From positions 122,264,001 through 122,328,000 of the forward strand of contig JBNRSN020000014.1 of assembly GCA_051313645.2 (NCBI GenBank): a stretch of 64,000 nt of DNA, in the 5' to 3' direction. The DNA is from Centroscyllium fabricii (Eukaryota). The position numbers were made by a program, and so were the translations under genes. Positions 50,300 to 62,972 of the stretch are shown here, one piece after another. The stretch's first letter is position 1, and every line of letters starts with the position of its first letter. The notes beneath the pieces are model-generated. The model saw nothing but the letters and a program-made list of their open reading frames with translations. It ran no database searches and was not told the DNA's origin.

Positions 50300-51095
50300 G
50301 AACAGAAGCCGGGTATTCTGCAGCGAGCGGTTCACCTCCCCAAAGCCTCTCGACCACCTACACGACACAAGTCAGGAGTGTGATGGAATACTCTCCACTT
50401 GCTTGGGTGGGTGCAGCTCCAACAACACTCAAAAAACCCCACACCATCCAGGGTAAAGCAGTCCATTTGAGCAGCTTAAACATCCACTCCCTCCACCACC
50501 GGCGCACCGTGACTGCAGTCTGTCCCATCTACAGACTTACTGAAGCAACTCGCCAAGGCTTCTTTGGCAGCAACTTCCAAACCTGCGATCGCCACCACTT
50601 GAAGGACAAGGGCAACAGGCAGGTGCATGGGAACAGCGCCACCCCAAGTTTACCTCCAAGTTACACACCATCCTGACTTGGACATGTATCACCGTTCCTT
50701 CATCGTCGCTGGGTCAAAATCATGGAACTCCCTCCCTAACAGCACTGTGGGAGTACCTTCTGTGGTAATATTGAACAGACTTCCGGGGGAAGGCTAAGGG
50801 GTGAACTCTGTACATGTCACTTCCTGTTTTCTGTTAGTATAAATACTGGAACTGCTCAGTATGGGGTGAACGCTTCACCTGGAAGCATGGTAAAACCCGT
50901 CTTTGTACATAGTGATAATGTAGTGGATTAAAGATTTGCTTTAAGTTATTGATGTATCAGACTCCATTATTACATCACCTTCACCACACGGACTGCAGAC
51001 GTTCAAGAAGGCCAATCACCACCATCTCGAGGGCAACTAGAGATAGGCAATAAATGCCGGCCTTGCCACCAATGCCACCTCCTGTGAATGAAAGA
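50300..51095 (+). mobile_element. Diverged LINE 3' fragment (CR1 group) interrupted by a solo LTR
   Basis: Y..QVRSVMEYSPLAW coding remnant and tail GGGCAATAAATGCCGGCCTTGCCA. Confidence 0.65.
50761..50977 (+). mobile_element. Solo LTR (217 bp)
   Basis: TG...CA ends with a short imperfect inverted repeat, 5-bp TSD CCTTC (50756-50760, 50978-50982), TATAAATA at 50838 and ATTAAA at 50927. Confidence 0.8.
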
Positions 51096-51109
51096 AAAAT
51101 CAATTCCGG

Positions 51110-51490
51110 GGTGATTTGATGAGATGTTTAATATATTGAAGGAATAGAACAGGCGGGGAGGCAGAAGCAGAGTGGTTCCAGTGGTTGAGGGGTCTGGAAT
51201 AAGGGGATGTGGATATAATTAATATGAACTTTAGAACAGAGAGCAGGAGAAACGTTTTAAAACGGAGGGTTGTGAGCCTGTAGAATACACTGCCCGAGTT
51301 AGTGATTGGAGCAGAGACCAGTCCAACATTTAAGAATAGGTTGGATAGATGATTGAAGGAAAGGGGGCTGAAGAGATATGGAAACAGAGCAGGCGCAGAG
51401 GATTACGGCTATCGCTTGTGTAGAGGGCAAACACCTACAGAGATCAGTTAGGCCAAATTGCGAGGTTCTGTGATGTACTTTCTATGTAAT
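51110..51490 (+). mobile_element. Highly diverged CR1 3' fragment
   Basis: GGAGGGTTGTGAGCCTGT.GAAT..ACTGCC...ACATTTAAGA pattern. Confidence 0.5.
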
Positions 51491-51501
51491 GCTGTGCAAT
51501 A

Positions 51502-51858
51502 CAGGTTGAGCACCGATAATCTGGCACTCTCGGGACCAGGCCGGTGCCGGACCACTGAAAATTCCGACCCACTGAAGGTTCGGAGGGGGGGGGGGGAGCA
51601 CGCGGTAGAACACTCCCTGGGGCCCGGAGCGCGCGGGTAGAACACTCCCCAGGAGGGAGCCCGGGGACAGAACACTTACAAGCCCTAAAAAAAACAGAAA
51701 CCCAAACGCCCGACGCCTTCGGCGCTCGCCCACCCTTCATGGGAAACGGTGGCGCCGCCGAGCAGCTGCTCCGCAAAATGAAGAGCGGCGGTTTCCAATC
51801 GTGCTGGACCACTGAAGCTGCCGGACTATCGGGTGTCGGATTACCGGTGCTCCACCTT
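51502..51858. mobile_element. Tc1/pogo (Tigger-like) MITE
   Basis: TA-CAGGTTGAGCACCGATAAT ... ATTACCGGTGCTCCACCTT-TA. Confidence 0.75.
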
Positions 51859-52944
51859 TATATGTAATATATAAAGGCTATCTGGCAGGGGGGGGAGGGC
51901 GGGGGGGTGGGGGGGTGCAATAAAGGTCTGGCTGTCTGTGGCCTTACTTGTTTCACTAACTCCATGGCTAATGTTTTGGAGTGTAGGCCTTTGGCCGTGT
52001 ACCTATTAGACGTGTTTAGTTGATTTACAGTTTGCTAAGTGTACCATTGGGCAAGGAAAGATCTGAACCTTTTTTCAAAAAAGGACGTTAACATTCGAGC
52101 GTGGAAATAAAAACTGTTGTCAGTTGTGTGCAGTTTAGGTGTTCTGGGGTTCTCTAACTTGTCAGCCACCAACACCAGAAATGTGGAGATCACAGCTTTT
52201 AATTTTGTTCAATGTCTGTCATATTGTCGCCCCCTCCAACTGGTTATGCCGAATCGCAACGGGATTTTCTTTGAAATTAAAAGCTTGTCTTCAAAGTTCC
52301 CTGACTGCTGAGGGGGTAAATACACTCTGCAGTGTGGAACAGAGCTGTACAGGCCAGGGATGTCCTAGGTGGGTGCTGGGACAGTGGGAGCGATGCTACA
52401 ATTAGCATCAGTACACCTACGGGGGGGGGGGGGGGGGGGGGCGGGGGGTGGGGGGGGTGTGGAAGAGGGAAGGAGAAAAACAAATCAGCCAACATTCCTA
52501 CCCCGATCGCAGGCGAGTGAGTCGTGCTGGAAACTGCCTCTATGTGGGCCTGATCTCTACAATTGCATTAGAGTTGTATGAAAGTTCACTGGACAGTGTC
52601 GCGAGTTTGACGTGTAAAGCTATCTAACTGTGATTATTTGCTTACTTTTGGTTGTAAAGCACTTTGGGACATCCAGACGTCATTAAAGGCACTATATAAA
52701 TGCAAGTCTTTCTTTTTAAACCATCAAACGTGCACACTGAATGTCAGTGGATTATCTCTGAATCCAGCACGTTTCGAACTAAATCTGCAGCACGTGATAC
52801 ACACTCAGTAACCATTGACAGCGTTTTGTGTCAATTGCCCATTGTTTGGGATTGGGAGGGGGGTGGGGAGCGGGGCAGCTATTAAACTCAGCAGTGGACA
52901 CCTGTTTTGACATGACTTTGCATCATGACCTCAAGCAAGCACAT

Positions 52945-53695
52945 AGGCCCAGAAATTCGGGTCGGAGGCTTCCCGCGTGTGTAAACCTCCAACCTGCACT
53001 TAGCTAGCGCGCCGGCTGTTGAGCTGTTGGCCTGTGTGGAATCCCGATGCGGGGCCTGCCTCAACTGCCGGCGCGCTGTGCTTGCATATCCCAGTGGCGC
53101 AGATAGCGCGATGGGTCACGTGGGCAACGGAGAGCCAATCGGAGCACAGAATGCTCTATTCATAAGTTTGACAGGAAGAGCTGTGAAAATATGAAAACTA
53201 CAAGCCCCAAAACATCACTAAATCTTCAAATAAATTTTTTTTAAATCAAATTTTCAAAATAACTATCAATTACATTAAATAACTTTTAAACAATAATTTA
53301 AATTTTTGAAAAAATTGATTATTTTTTGTAACGGGGCTAAGAATAAACGTACCTTTCTTTAAAGTATTTAAAAATAATAAACGTGTGGAAAAAATGTTTT
53401 AATTTGAATTAATTCTCCACTTACCTTGTTAAAACCAGGCTTTACACATTAAAATATCAGCCGTAACTTTTTGACACTTACCCGGACACAGAATCCTGTA
53501 AAAAAAGCGGAAGTGCAGTGCGCACGCGCAGCCGCTCCCGCGCACGCATTCTGACCTCTGAACCCTTCTGTCAGGGGATCGGAAGTGCCGGTTTTGCGCA
53601 CATGCGCTGTGCATGCACGAAACCGGCACTTTGGATGGGCCTACGCGTGAGTACCCAGCGCGTACTCACGCGTTGGGACCGGAATTTCTGGGCCT
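52945..53695. mobile_element. Non-autonomous DNA transposon, PIF/Harbinger-like
   Basis: TIR AGGCCCAGAAATTC / GAATTTCTGGGCCT, GC-rich subtermini, AT-rich core and internal palindrome 53643-53673. Confidence 0.7.
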
Positions 53696-53715
53696 CAAGC
53701 TTCATATCCCAAATA

Positions 53716-54204
53716 CAGGTTGAGCACCGGTAATCCGTTACCCCAAACGCCGGCAACTTCAGTGGTCCGGTATAAATTGCCCCGACTGCCCTGCGCATGC
53801 GCAAAATGGCAGCCGCGATCGAGGCTTCGGCGAATGATCTGCGCATGTGACGCCGGACGGCGAGCGCATGCGCAGATCATTCAAAACGGCCGCCGGACGA
53901 GCCGGGCCTTCCGTGGCATCAGGGCGCGGCAGCTCGTGACGCGTTTTGAATGTGCGAGTCCCGAGCGCCCGCCATGGTGAAGCGCGCGGTTCCCCAGAGC
54001 AGCCTGCAGGCCGTCATCAGGAGGCACAACTCACAGCTGAGACTCAGCAAGGACGTTTGGCGGCTATTTCCAATGTTGTGCGCATGCGCGCGGCCATTTT
54101 GAATGGTGCGCGCATGCGCACTGACCGACTTCATGCTACCGGTTTTTTCACTTTCCCGGCACGGGCCTGGTCCCACCCGTGCCGGATTACCGGTGCTCAA
54201 CCTG
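53716..54204. mobile_element. Tc1/pogo (Tigger-like) MITE
   Basis: Perfect TIR CAGGTTGAGCACCGGTAATCCG with TA flanks. Confidence 0.88.
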
Positions 54205-54599
54205 TACTGCACATGCATATTCTGCACATGTGTGCGCTTCCTCTTTGCCAGTTCACAGGAGACCAGCGTTGCGATTTAAAGGTAAATTCAGGAGAGTGGT
54301 GCGCTTGGGCTGCGACTCCTCCCCTGAGACCAATGTAAAAGATTCTGCCATGTACCCTCTGCACTGACCCACCAGGAGATTGGGGACGGGCATCCTCATA
54401 GACATGCCAATTGATGCAGGTTTTCTTTGTTTTCATCTTAAAGGGCATCCCCCCCCCCCCCCACCCCCCCACACCCCCTACCTTCCGTGCCACAGGCTAC
54501 ATTCCTATCAGTCCGTTGAGTTTCAGTTTTAATATTTAAGAGCAAAAGCTGATGGACAATAATAGCGTAATCAGACAAAGCACACCGTCCATATTATTC

Positions 54600-55165
54600 G
54601 TTCATTCAATTCAATGCTAATTGCTTTATTGGCATGACAAGATACATCTTATGTTGCCAAAGCACAGAAAAAGGACATATACAATTGAACACACAAATGC
54701 AGAACTAGAGCATACAGTGAATGGATAACTATGCAAACATACATATATACCCACATATAAATCTCATATACTCTTCTTAGCTTCAGCGGTCACTGGTTGT
54801 CCCTCTGCTTATGGCAAGCTGTGACGTAGTTTGCCACTAATTTTATACAGTCCCTCTGTTCCCCCAATAGATATGGAAGTTTTTGGTGGTCGTTCAAATT
54901 TTTGAATCAGGGCATGTTTTTACGAATTTTGGGTAGAAATTCCCCCTTATGCCCTGATAGTTTTCACAAGTTGTGAGGAAGTGCAGCTCTGTCTCCACCA
55001 CTCCCTGACTGCAGTAGGAGCACAGCCTTTCCTCTCTGGGCAGACAAGTCTGTCTGTGTCTGCCTTTTTCAATGGCTAGGCTGTGCTCACTAAGTCTGTA
55101 CATTGTCAGGGTTTTTCTCAGTTTGCTATCTTTCACCATGGTCAGGTAATCAGCCGTGGTGTACA
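54600..55165 (-). mobile_element. 5'-truncated LINE, RTEX-like C-terminus
   Basis: YRLSEHSLAIEKGRH...RLCSYC..VETELHFLTTC (Cys/His motif) followed by an AATAAA/(TTGAA)n tail. Confidence 0.65.
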
Positions 55166-55309
55166 AAGTTATTGAATTGGACCCTAAGATTTTACACAAA
55201 GGTTTCTGCTTCACACTTCCAGCAGGGAGCTGAGGCTGAGCTCCTCACGCGATTTCTGTTTCCCTAAACGTACCACAACACGGAGCCAGCAGTATAAGTT
55301 TGGTCCCAC

Positions 55310-55636
55310 AAGAAAGAAAGATTTGCATTTATACAGCGCCTTTCATGACCTCAGGACCTCCCAAAGCCATTTACAGCCAATGAAGTACTTCTTGAAATGT
55401 AGTCACTGTTGTAATGTGGGGAACGCAGCAGGCAGTTTGTGCACAGCAAGCTCCCACAAACAGCAATGCGATAAATAACCAGATAATCAATTTTTGTTTA
55501 AGTGATGTTGGTTGAGGGATAAATATTAGCCTGGTCACCGGGGATAACTCCACTGCTCTTCTTTGAAATAGTGCTGCGGGATCTTTTACGTCCACCTGAG
55601 AGAGCAGTCGGGGCCTCGGTTTAACGTCTCATCCGA
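55310..55636 (-). mobile_element. 5'-truncated DeuSINE
   Basis: Matches the 3' two-thirds of the other copies. Confidence 0.75.
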
Positions 55637-56270
55637 AGAAATTTCTCCTCTCTCCCGCCTCCCGCCCACACACCCACCCCGCACCGCCGCCCCCCCGCTG
55701 CCCAGCAGAAATAAATGACCCAAAAGTGACAGCAATAAAATAACGTACACAGTGGATTTATTACATTTCTAGTGATTATTTCGGAACCAAGACCACTGCC
55801 GCAGTAGCCGTCCTTCACTATGCGCTTGTGAGACAAGTAAATTTGAACCTATACCGTGAAGTTGCTCAGACTAAACAAACGCAGTTAGGCCCCGGGCTAT
55901 AAGAATACCAGCAGGATGATCAAAAAAAAAGCTCGCTAACATTACATCATTACTGCTGCAAACTAGGAATTTCCCTTTTTTTAAAATCCAAATCGACTGC
56001 CCGCTGCTGGCCTGATTTGTCCAGAGAACGCTCAGCTCTCTTGCAAAGGAGCTTCTAAACTCCCTCGGAGCCCCTGCAGTAAGATGCACAGAGCCAGAGA
56101 CTGGTAAACAACTCTGTCAGGGCCGCTGATCTTCCTGGTTGTACAGCAGGGCTGAGCCTCGGCTCGCCCGATATTTGGCCATTTGAAGTCAAATTAAAGG
56201 CAAAACAACGACAACAACAACAAAAAAAAACCATGAGGTGGTCAACCAGCCCCATTGCCTTTAAGTTGAA

Positions 56271-56845
56271 ACATGGAAACATAGAGGATAGGAGCAGGAG
56301 TCGGCCATTTGGCCCCTCGAGCCTGTTCCGCCATTTAATGAGATCATGGATGATCATCCAAACTCCGTACCCCGTACCTGCCTTCTCCCCATATCCCTTG
56401 ATACCTTTAGCTCTAAGAAATATATCTAACTCCTTCTTGAATATATTTAATGACTTGGCCTCAACTACATTCTGTGGTAGAGAATTCCACAGGTTCACCA
56501 CTCTCTGGGTGAAGAAATTCCTCCTCATCTCTGTCCTAAATGGCTTACCCCTTATCCTTAGAATGTGACCCCTGGTTCTGGACTCTCCGACCATCTGGAA
56601 CATCCTTCCTGTATCTAGTCTGTCTGGTCCTGTTAGAATTTTATAAGTTTCAATGAGATCCCCTCTCATTCTTCTAAACTCCTGCGAGTATAAGCCCAAT
56701 CGACCCAACCTCTCCTCATACGTCATTCCTGCCATCCCAGGTATCAACCTGGTGAATCTTCGCTGAACTCCCTCCATGGCAAGAACATCCGTCCTCAGAT
56801 AAGGCGGCCAAAACTGCACACAATACTCGAGGTGGGGTCTCACCA
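56271..56845 (-). mobile_element. CR1 (HER1-like) 3' fragment
   Basis: VRPHLEYCVQFW...KGIKGYGEKAGTGY, very similar to the 33770-34330 segment. Confidence 0.9.
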
Positions 56846-57604
56846 AGGGGGCTATCAGACACCAGGCGACCCCACACGATCCTTAAAGAGAGGTGTTTTG
56901 GAAGTTTCAAAAGATGGTGAATTGTATCGGTGCTGTGTCCTTCCTGTGCTTTCCACTAGACTCTAATTCCTGTCAGGGGGTGGATTCATTTTCCAAAACA
57001 GAATCTGGAAAAAGGAACAGAAAGAGAGAAATGTCGAGTTGGAACACATGATTTTACAATTATAGTCGCATGCCTCGCCTTTTAAAAAAGAAAAAAACAC
57101 AGGAGCCAAATCGAGCGCTCTGTGTTACCACAAAAGATTTTTTTCCCCAGAAACGAGTCAGAACTTAGAGAGAGGGCTTCCGCTCTTTAGGCCTTTCTCT
57201 CTGCCCCTACGAGGCGCAAGCCGCTCTGTCAGCAAGTGAACTGTTCGATGTGGAACTGATACCAAGGAGCAGGAAAGGCCCAGCCAGGCCTGTGCTGAGT
57301 TTGCAGTACAGTGGGGCTTTCAACTGGCCCCCTGAAACAGGGAGGAGCTAACTCCGACCGCAGTTAGCGCTCCTGATCACGACCCCGAGTCCGAGTCTGT
57401 CGGGGGAGGACAGGGGCCGGGCTTGGCTGTGACGCTTTGCATGGTCGATTAACCCACTGCTGCACAAAGATGGGCAACTTGGAAAAGATGCCAGAGGGTT
57501 GCGGATGCCTGCTGAACCTTCGCACAGCTACGGTTGGCTGTAAAGCACTTTGAGACGTCCGGTGGTTGTGAAAAGCGCTATATAAATGCAATTTTTTTTT
57601 CTTG

Positions 57605-58455
57605 TGCCAGCTGTGGCTCAGTGGGCAACACACGTGCCTCTGAGTTAGAAGGTTATGGGTTCAAGTCCCACTCCAGCGACCTGAGCACATAAAGCTAGGC
57701 TGACACTCCAGTGCACTGCTGAGCAAGTGCTGCACTGTCAGAGGTGCCGTCTTTCGGATGAGATGTCAAACTGAGGCCCTGTCTGCTCTCTCAGGCAGAC
57801 GTAAAAAACCCCATGGCACTATTTTGAAGAAGAGCAGGGGAGTTATCTCTGGTGTCCTGGCCAATATTTATCCCTCAACCAACATAACAAAAACAGATAA
57901 TCTGGCACAGTGGCGCAGTGGATAGCACTGTTGTCTCACAGCACTGGAGACCCGGGTTCAAATCCAGCCTCGGGTCCTATCTGTGTGGAGTTTGCACATT
58001 CTCCCCGTGTCTGCGTGGGTTTCCTCCGGGTGCTCCGGTTTCCTCCCACAGTCCAAAGATGTGCGGGTTAGGTTGATTGGCCAGGATAAATTGACCCTTA
58101 GTGTTAGGGGGATTGAATATGTGGGGTTACGGGGATAGGGTGGGATATGTGTTGATGGAGGCTCGATAGGGATATGGGGAGAGGGCAGGGGCGGGGTGGG
58201 TGCTGGGTTTGGATGATCAGCCATGATCTCATTGAATGGCGGAGCAGGCTCGAAGGGCCGAATGGCCTACTCCTGCTCCTTGTTTCTATGTTTCTATTAT
58301 CACATTGCTGCTTGTGGGAGCTTGCTGTGCGCAAATTGGCTGCCGCGTTTCCCACATTACAACAGTGACTACACTTCAAAAAGTACTTCATTGACTGCAA
58401 AGCGCTTTGAGACATCCAGTGTTCGTGAAACGCGGTATAGAATTGCGAGTCTTTC
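57605..58455 (+). mobile_element. DeuSINE interrupted by a V-SINE (57904-58296, +)
   Basis: DeuSINE head and body run to 57903 and resume at TTATCACATTGCTG after the V-SINE tail. Confidence 0.8.
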
Positions 58456-58825
58456 TTTATTTTATATATAATTAAATTGTAAGTTGTAGCATATTATTTG
58501 TTGCTTTAGTGTTCTGTTCCTGTCAGGTTCTGACTCTGGATCCAGTCCATTTATCCCAGTTGAGAATTAGTTGACCATCCCAAATGAAATCCCCCACTGC
58601 TGTTCACTGCCATGCCGCATTCTGAAAGTGTCGTGAGAAGCTGTCCCTCGATTATCCAACGATAAGTGTTAGGGGCCCTTCACAATTGTCAACATTTTCA
58701 CGAGCGTACAAACCGTACGCTGGGGGGGGAGGGGGTCCGACGTGTCCGTACGCTTTTTTTTGCGTTTAAATGTCGATTTTTTTTTCGATTTTTTTTTTGT
58801 TGTTTTTTTTTTTTTTTTTTTTTTT

Positions 58826-59468
58826 GTTCCGGTTCCGGTTCTGGCAGGACGGCCGCCATCGGGCGGCTGTACCTCGACTCCTCTTCGTGGAGTCAATCCG
58901 TTCTGGTCGACCGCCATTTGACGTCGGCAGAGCCGGTGAGATGCGGGGCACAGTTCAGCCCCAGGACGCCGCATCAGTTCGGCCTCGTTCCAGAGTTCGG
59001 ACCTCCGGGGTGTCGGGACGGCCTTGGCTTGGCGTTCCGGGGAGCCTGCGTCGAGCGCTGGAGCTCCGGGGAGCCTGCGTTGAGCGCTGGAGTTCGGAGC
59101 TCAGGGGAGCTGGGATGGGGCACTCGGAGAGGGCTAGGCTTCAGGCCTCAGGACGCTGTGCCCGGAGTTCGGAGCTCCGTGGATTCGGGGAGTCGGGCTG
59201 AGAGTGGCCACGGAAGGAACAGTGGCAGAGCGAATTGACTGGGCGAGAGAGGACAATTTTACCAACGGTTGAGTGGCCAGAGCAGGAACGGGATCCACGA
59301 TGATGGCGCCGAAGGATGGCTGACGTCTTGCGGGCTCGTTCGCGCCGGGCAGCTTAATTGTTGCGCGGTTGTTGTTGTTGTTGCACGGTGTGTCGGGTAG
59401 CAGTAAGCATTTCGTTGTATGGTGTTTGTTCGCTGTACAATGACAAATAAAATTGAACTTGATTGAAA
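58826..59468 (+). mobile_element. GC-rich element with Rex1-type 3' tail
   Basis: Ends CATTTCGTTGT...ACAATGACAAATAAAATTGAA. Internal GGAGCTC repeats. Confidence 0.5.
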
Positions 59469-59574
59469 TTCCGCCGGTTTGAGAAGTGAAAAAAACAGGT
59501 TTAAAGGTAATTAAAAAAAAATTCCTTTGGAGATATTTGTTTGTGGTCTTACAGGTTGTAAATGTGAAGGTTTT

Positions 59575-59700
59575 TATATATTTTGGTGATAGTGAAAAAA
59601 ATCGGCAATTTGAACGCGATGTCGAGAGCTGCGAGAGCTCTGAGAGCTGGAGAGATCGCGTTCAAATCCCCGATTTTTTTCACTATCACCAAAATATATA
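59575..59700. repeat. 126-bp hairpin (possible tiny MITE)
   Basis: TATATATTTTGGTGATAGTGAAAAAAATCGG...CCGATTTTTTTCACTATCACCAAAATATATA. Confidence 0.85.
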
Positions 59701-59990
59701 GGGCGGAAAAAGGAGGAAGACATAAAGCAGGAATTTAAGGAACTAGGAAGGAAACTGAGAGACAAAACGAATAATGCCACGATTTCTGGGATCCTACCAG
59801 TGCCACGGGATAGGGAGTGGAAAAACAAAAAAAGAATGAGAATAAACGCGTGGCTACAGGATTGGTGCAGAAGGGAGGGCATGAGTTTCGTGGACAATTG
59901 GGGATCGTTCTGGGGAAGGTGGGATCTGTATGACCGGGACGGCTTGCACCTGAACCGAAGGGGCATCAACATTCTGGGTGGGAAACTCGC
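59701..59990 (+). mobile_element. Fragment of CR1-type ORF1 SGNH esterase-like domain
   Basis: ISGILPVPR..INAWLQDWCRREG..FVDNW..LYDRDGLHLN..G, including the DxxH motif. Confidence 0.7.
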
Positions 59991-61101
59991 CCATAGAGCT
60001 TTACAGCACAGAAAGAGACCCTTCGGCCCATCATGTCCGCGCCGGCCATCAAGCCCTTTCTATTCTAATCCCATTTTCCAGCACTTGGTCCGTAGCCTTG
60101 TATGCTATGACATCTCAAGTGCTCATCCAAATGCGGTCGGGCTGCGCCTTGGGCCTTGCTGCCGCGGTTGAGGTTTGTCCTCCCGGAGGAGCCGGGGCCA
60201 GGGCCGGGGATGGGGATTGCTGTGCGGCTGGTCAGTCAGTGTGTTTACTGTCATCTTGTGCTGATTTTTACAGATCTGAAGTTCCATCAACACACAAGGC
60301 CGCCGGCCCCCCGGCCCATGACCGCAGACAGTGACTCTGAGTAACGAGGATCTCCCTGATGAGTCTGCAGTCACTCTGGTTCCTTTCTAAACCTCCCTGT
60401 GCTAATTAAATTCAATGGATGATGTTGGAAAAAATCAACATTTTTGGTGTACACTTCCAGTGGGGGGGGAGGGGGTAGCAAAAAAGAGTACTCTTTGTAC
60501 ACTTGTGAAAATGTTGACAATTGTGAAGGGCCCCTTAGTAATTGCTGGATTTTGTGACATTTAATATTGCAAATGTCCGCCAGATATTTGCCTTTAGCAG
60601 ATGTTCTCATTCACTGTGTTGCAAACCATTAGGTACAGTCACTTAATTATAATCCTGGAATAGAAAACACAGCTCCCTCTCCCCGCTTGGTCTCTGGGTC
60701 ATCCAGCACTATTTAAACACAGCCTGTCAGGGCCATAAACATGCAACCAGCACATAAACACTGCAGCAGCAATCTTGTGCTCACAGAGCATTGTTATGTT
60801 TTCATATATAAATACAAACTCCAATCATTGGCTGCTTTCGTTTGGACTCTCAACTTTATTGTTTCCAGCAGGTCAGATTAATCTCTTGTGAGTTTGAAAT
60901 CGAATGTGCGGCTGTTCTGTCGGGGGGCCACTACAAAATGATATTTGATTACACACTGTCCTTCAGCCACCTGCCTGCGTGGAATACTAACGCACAGGAG
61001 TGTCGGTGCATTCCAATGATGTCACCTTCAGCAGCTGGCCTGTCACTTCCAACCATTTGGAATCGTCCAGCAGTGGCAGTGGTCAGTTCTGACCTTAAGA
61101 C

Positions 61102-61548
61102 CAGCGTTCCCCAACCGCCGGTCCGCGACCCGGCACCGGTCCGCGGGACATTTTTACCGGTCCACGGGACGGTCTGTGCCTCGGCGCATGCGCAGATCAT
61201 TCGCTGACGGAAGACGTTAAACGAGGCACAGACGGAAGACACTCCGCCCCCGGTCAGTCAAAAAATCTCCGCCAGCACCCCCCCCCCGGTCAGTCAAAAA
61301 ATCTCTGCCAGCCCCCACCCCCCGGTCAGTCAAAAAATCTCCGCCAGCACCCCCCCCCGCCCCCGATCAGTCAAAAAATCTCCGCCAGCACCACCCCCCC
61401 CGGGTCAGTCAAAAAATCTCTGCCAGCCCCCACCCCTCGATCAGTCAAAAAATCTCCGCCAGCATCCCCCCCCCCCCCCCCCGCCGGTCCGCGAAAAAAT
61501 TGACAAGTCCAAAACGGGCCGCGACCCCAAAAAGGTCGGGGACCCCTG
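61102..61548. mobile_element. hAT (Charlie-like) MITE with internal minisatellite (~61250-61482)
   Basis: TIR CAGCGTTCCCCAACC / GGTCGGGGACCCCTG, perfect 8-bp TSD CTTAAGAC, and six TCAGTCAAAAAATCTC.GCCAGC(C)n units. Confidence 0.9.
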
Positions 61549-62114
61549 CTTAAGACAACAAACACCACTCACATAAAAAGGATGGCCGCGAGTATAGGCT
61601 CCACCCTCCCCCTCCTGTGGCTCCAGGTAATTTGGTTTAATAGCCAATTGACCACTAGCCGCTTCCACCGACGTCTCCGGGCACTTTTTGCGAAAACACG
61701 AACCGATCTTTCGTCGCATAAACATCTGCAGGCGCGAGACTCCAGGCAAAGCTGCAAATCAGGTGCTCCCAAAGGCGGGGTGGCGGGTGGGTGTAGAATG
61801 GTGCTTCGTTGCTGTGGAGAGCCAGGAATGGGCTGGGGGTGAGGGGTGGGAGGAAGTCTCCCCACACTCGTAATCCTACTCTCCCACTTGATGGGAATTG
61901 CAAAGATAAACAGAGCCACGATATTTCCACGTTTGCTTTGGCCATTGCGGTTTGCAATGGGAATGGTGATCGAATCACCAAGTATTTCTGGAGAACCCTT
62001 TAAGATTAGGTACTTTTTTAGACTTTTAAATGGAGCGACATTACTACCACAGTGAAGTTGCAGGTTGGGCAGGACATGCCTTTCATCCCAGAATATCTTT
62101 GATAAAAAAGAAAG

Positions 62115-62972
62115 ACAGCCTTGCATTTCCATAACGCTTTTCACGGCCACCGGATGCCTCAAAGCCTTTTACAGCCAATGAAGTACTTTTTTTGGCGTGT
62201 AGTCACTGTGGTAATGTAGGGCAACGCAGCCGCCAATTTGTGCACAGCAAGCTTCCACAAACAGCAATATGATAATGACCTGATAATGTTTTTTGTTGTG
62301 TGGATTGAGGGATAAATATTGGCCAGGACACTGAGAGAAATCCCCTGCTCTTAAACATAGAAACATAGAAACTAGGAGCAGGAGTAGGCCATTCGGCCCT
62401 TCGAGCCTGCTCCGCCATTCAATGAGATCATGGCTGATCATCCAAACTCAGCACCCCGCCCCTGCCCTCTCCCCATATCCCTCGATCCCTATCGAGCCTA
62501 CATCGACACCCTATCCCCGTAACCCCACATATTCAATCCCCCTAACACTAAGGGTCAATTTATCCTGGCCAATCAACCTAACCCGCACATCTTTGGACTG
62601 TGGGAGGAAACCGGAGCACCCGGAGGAAACCCACGCAGACACGGGGAGAATGTGCAAACTCCACACAGATAGTCACCCGAGGCTGAATTTGAACCCGGGT
62701 CTCCAGTGCTGTGAGACAACAGTGCTAACCACTGTGCCACCGTGCCGCCCAAAACATTGCCATAGGATCTTCTACATCCACCTGAGAGAGCAGACAGGGC
62801 CTCGGTTTAACGTCTCATCTGAAAGACGGCACCTCCAACAGTGCAGCACTCCCTCAGCACTTCACTGGAGTGTCAGCCTAGCTTTATGTGCTCGAGTCCC
62901 TGGAGTGGGACTTGAACCCACAACCTTCTGACGCACAGGCGAGAGTGTTACCCACTGAGTCACAGCTGACAC
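62115..62972 (-). mobile_element. DeuSINE interrupted by a V-SINE (62353-62750, -)
   Basis: The two DeuSINE halves are colinear around a full V-SINE, with AAACAT at both junctions. Confidence 0.8.

Larger units (their letters stand above)
58672..60534. mobile_element. PIF/Harbinger-type non-autonomous element with composite interior
   Basis: Perfect ~30-bp TIR GGGGCCCTTCACAATTGTCAACATTTTCAC and TTA duplication (58669-58671, 60535-60537). Confidence 0.85.

Noticed and set aside
59701-59990. Host esterase gene exon
   Set aside because: Matches the esterase-like ORF1 of CR1-type LINEs and sits within a transposon.
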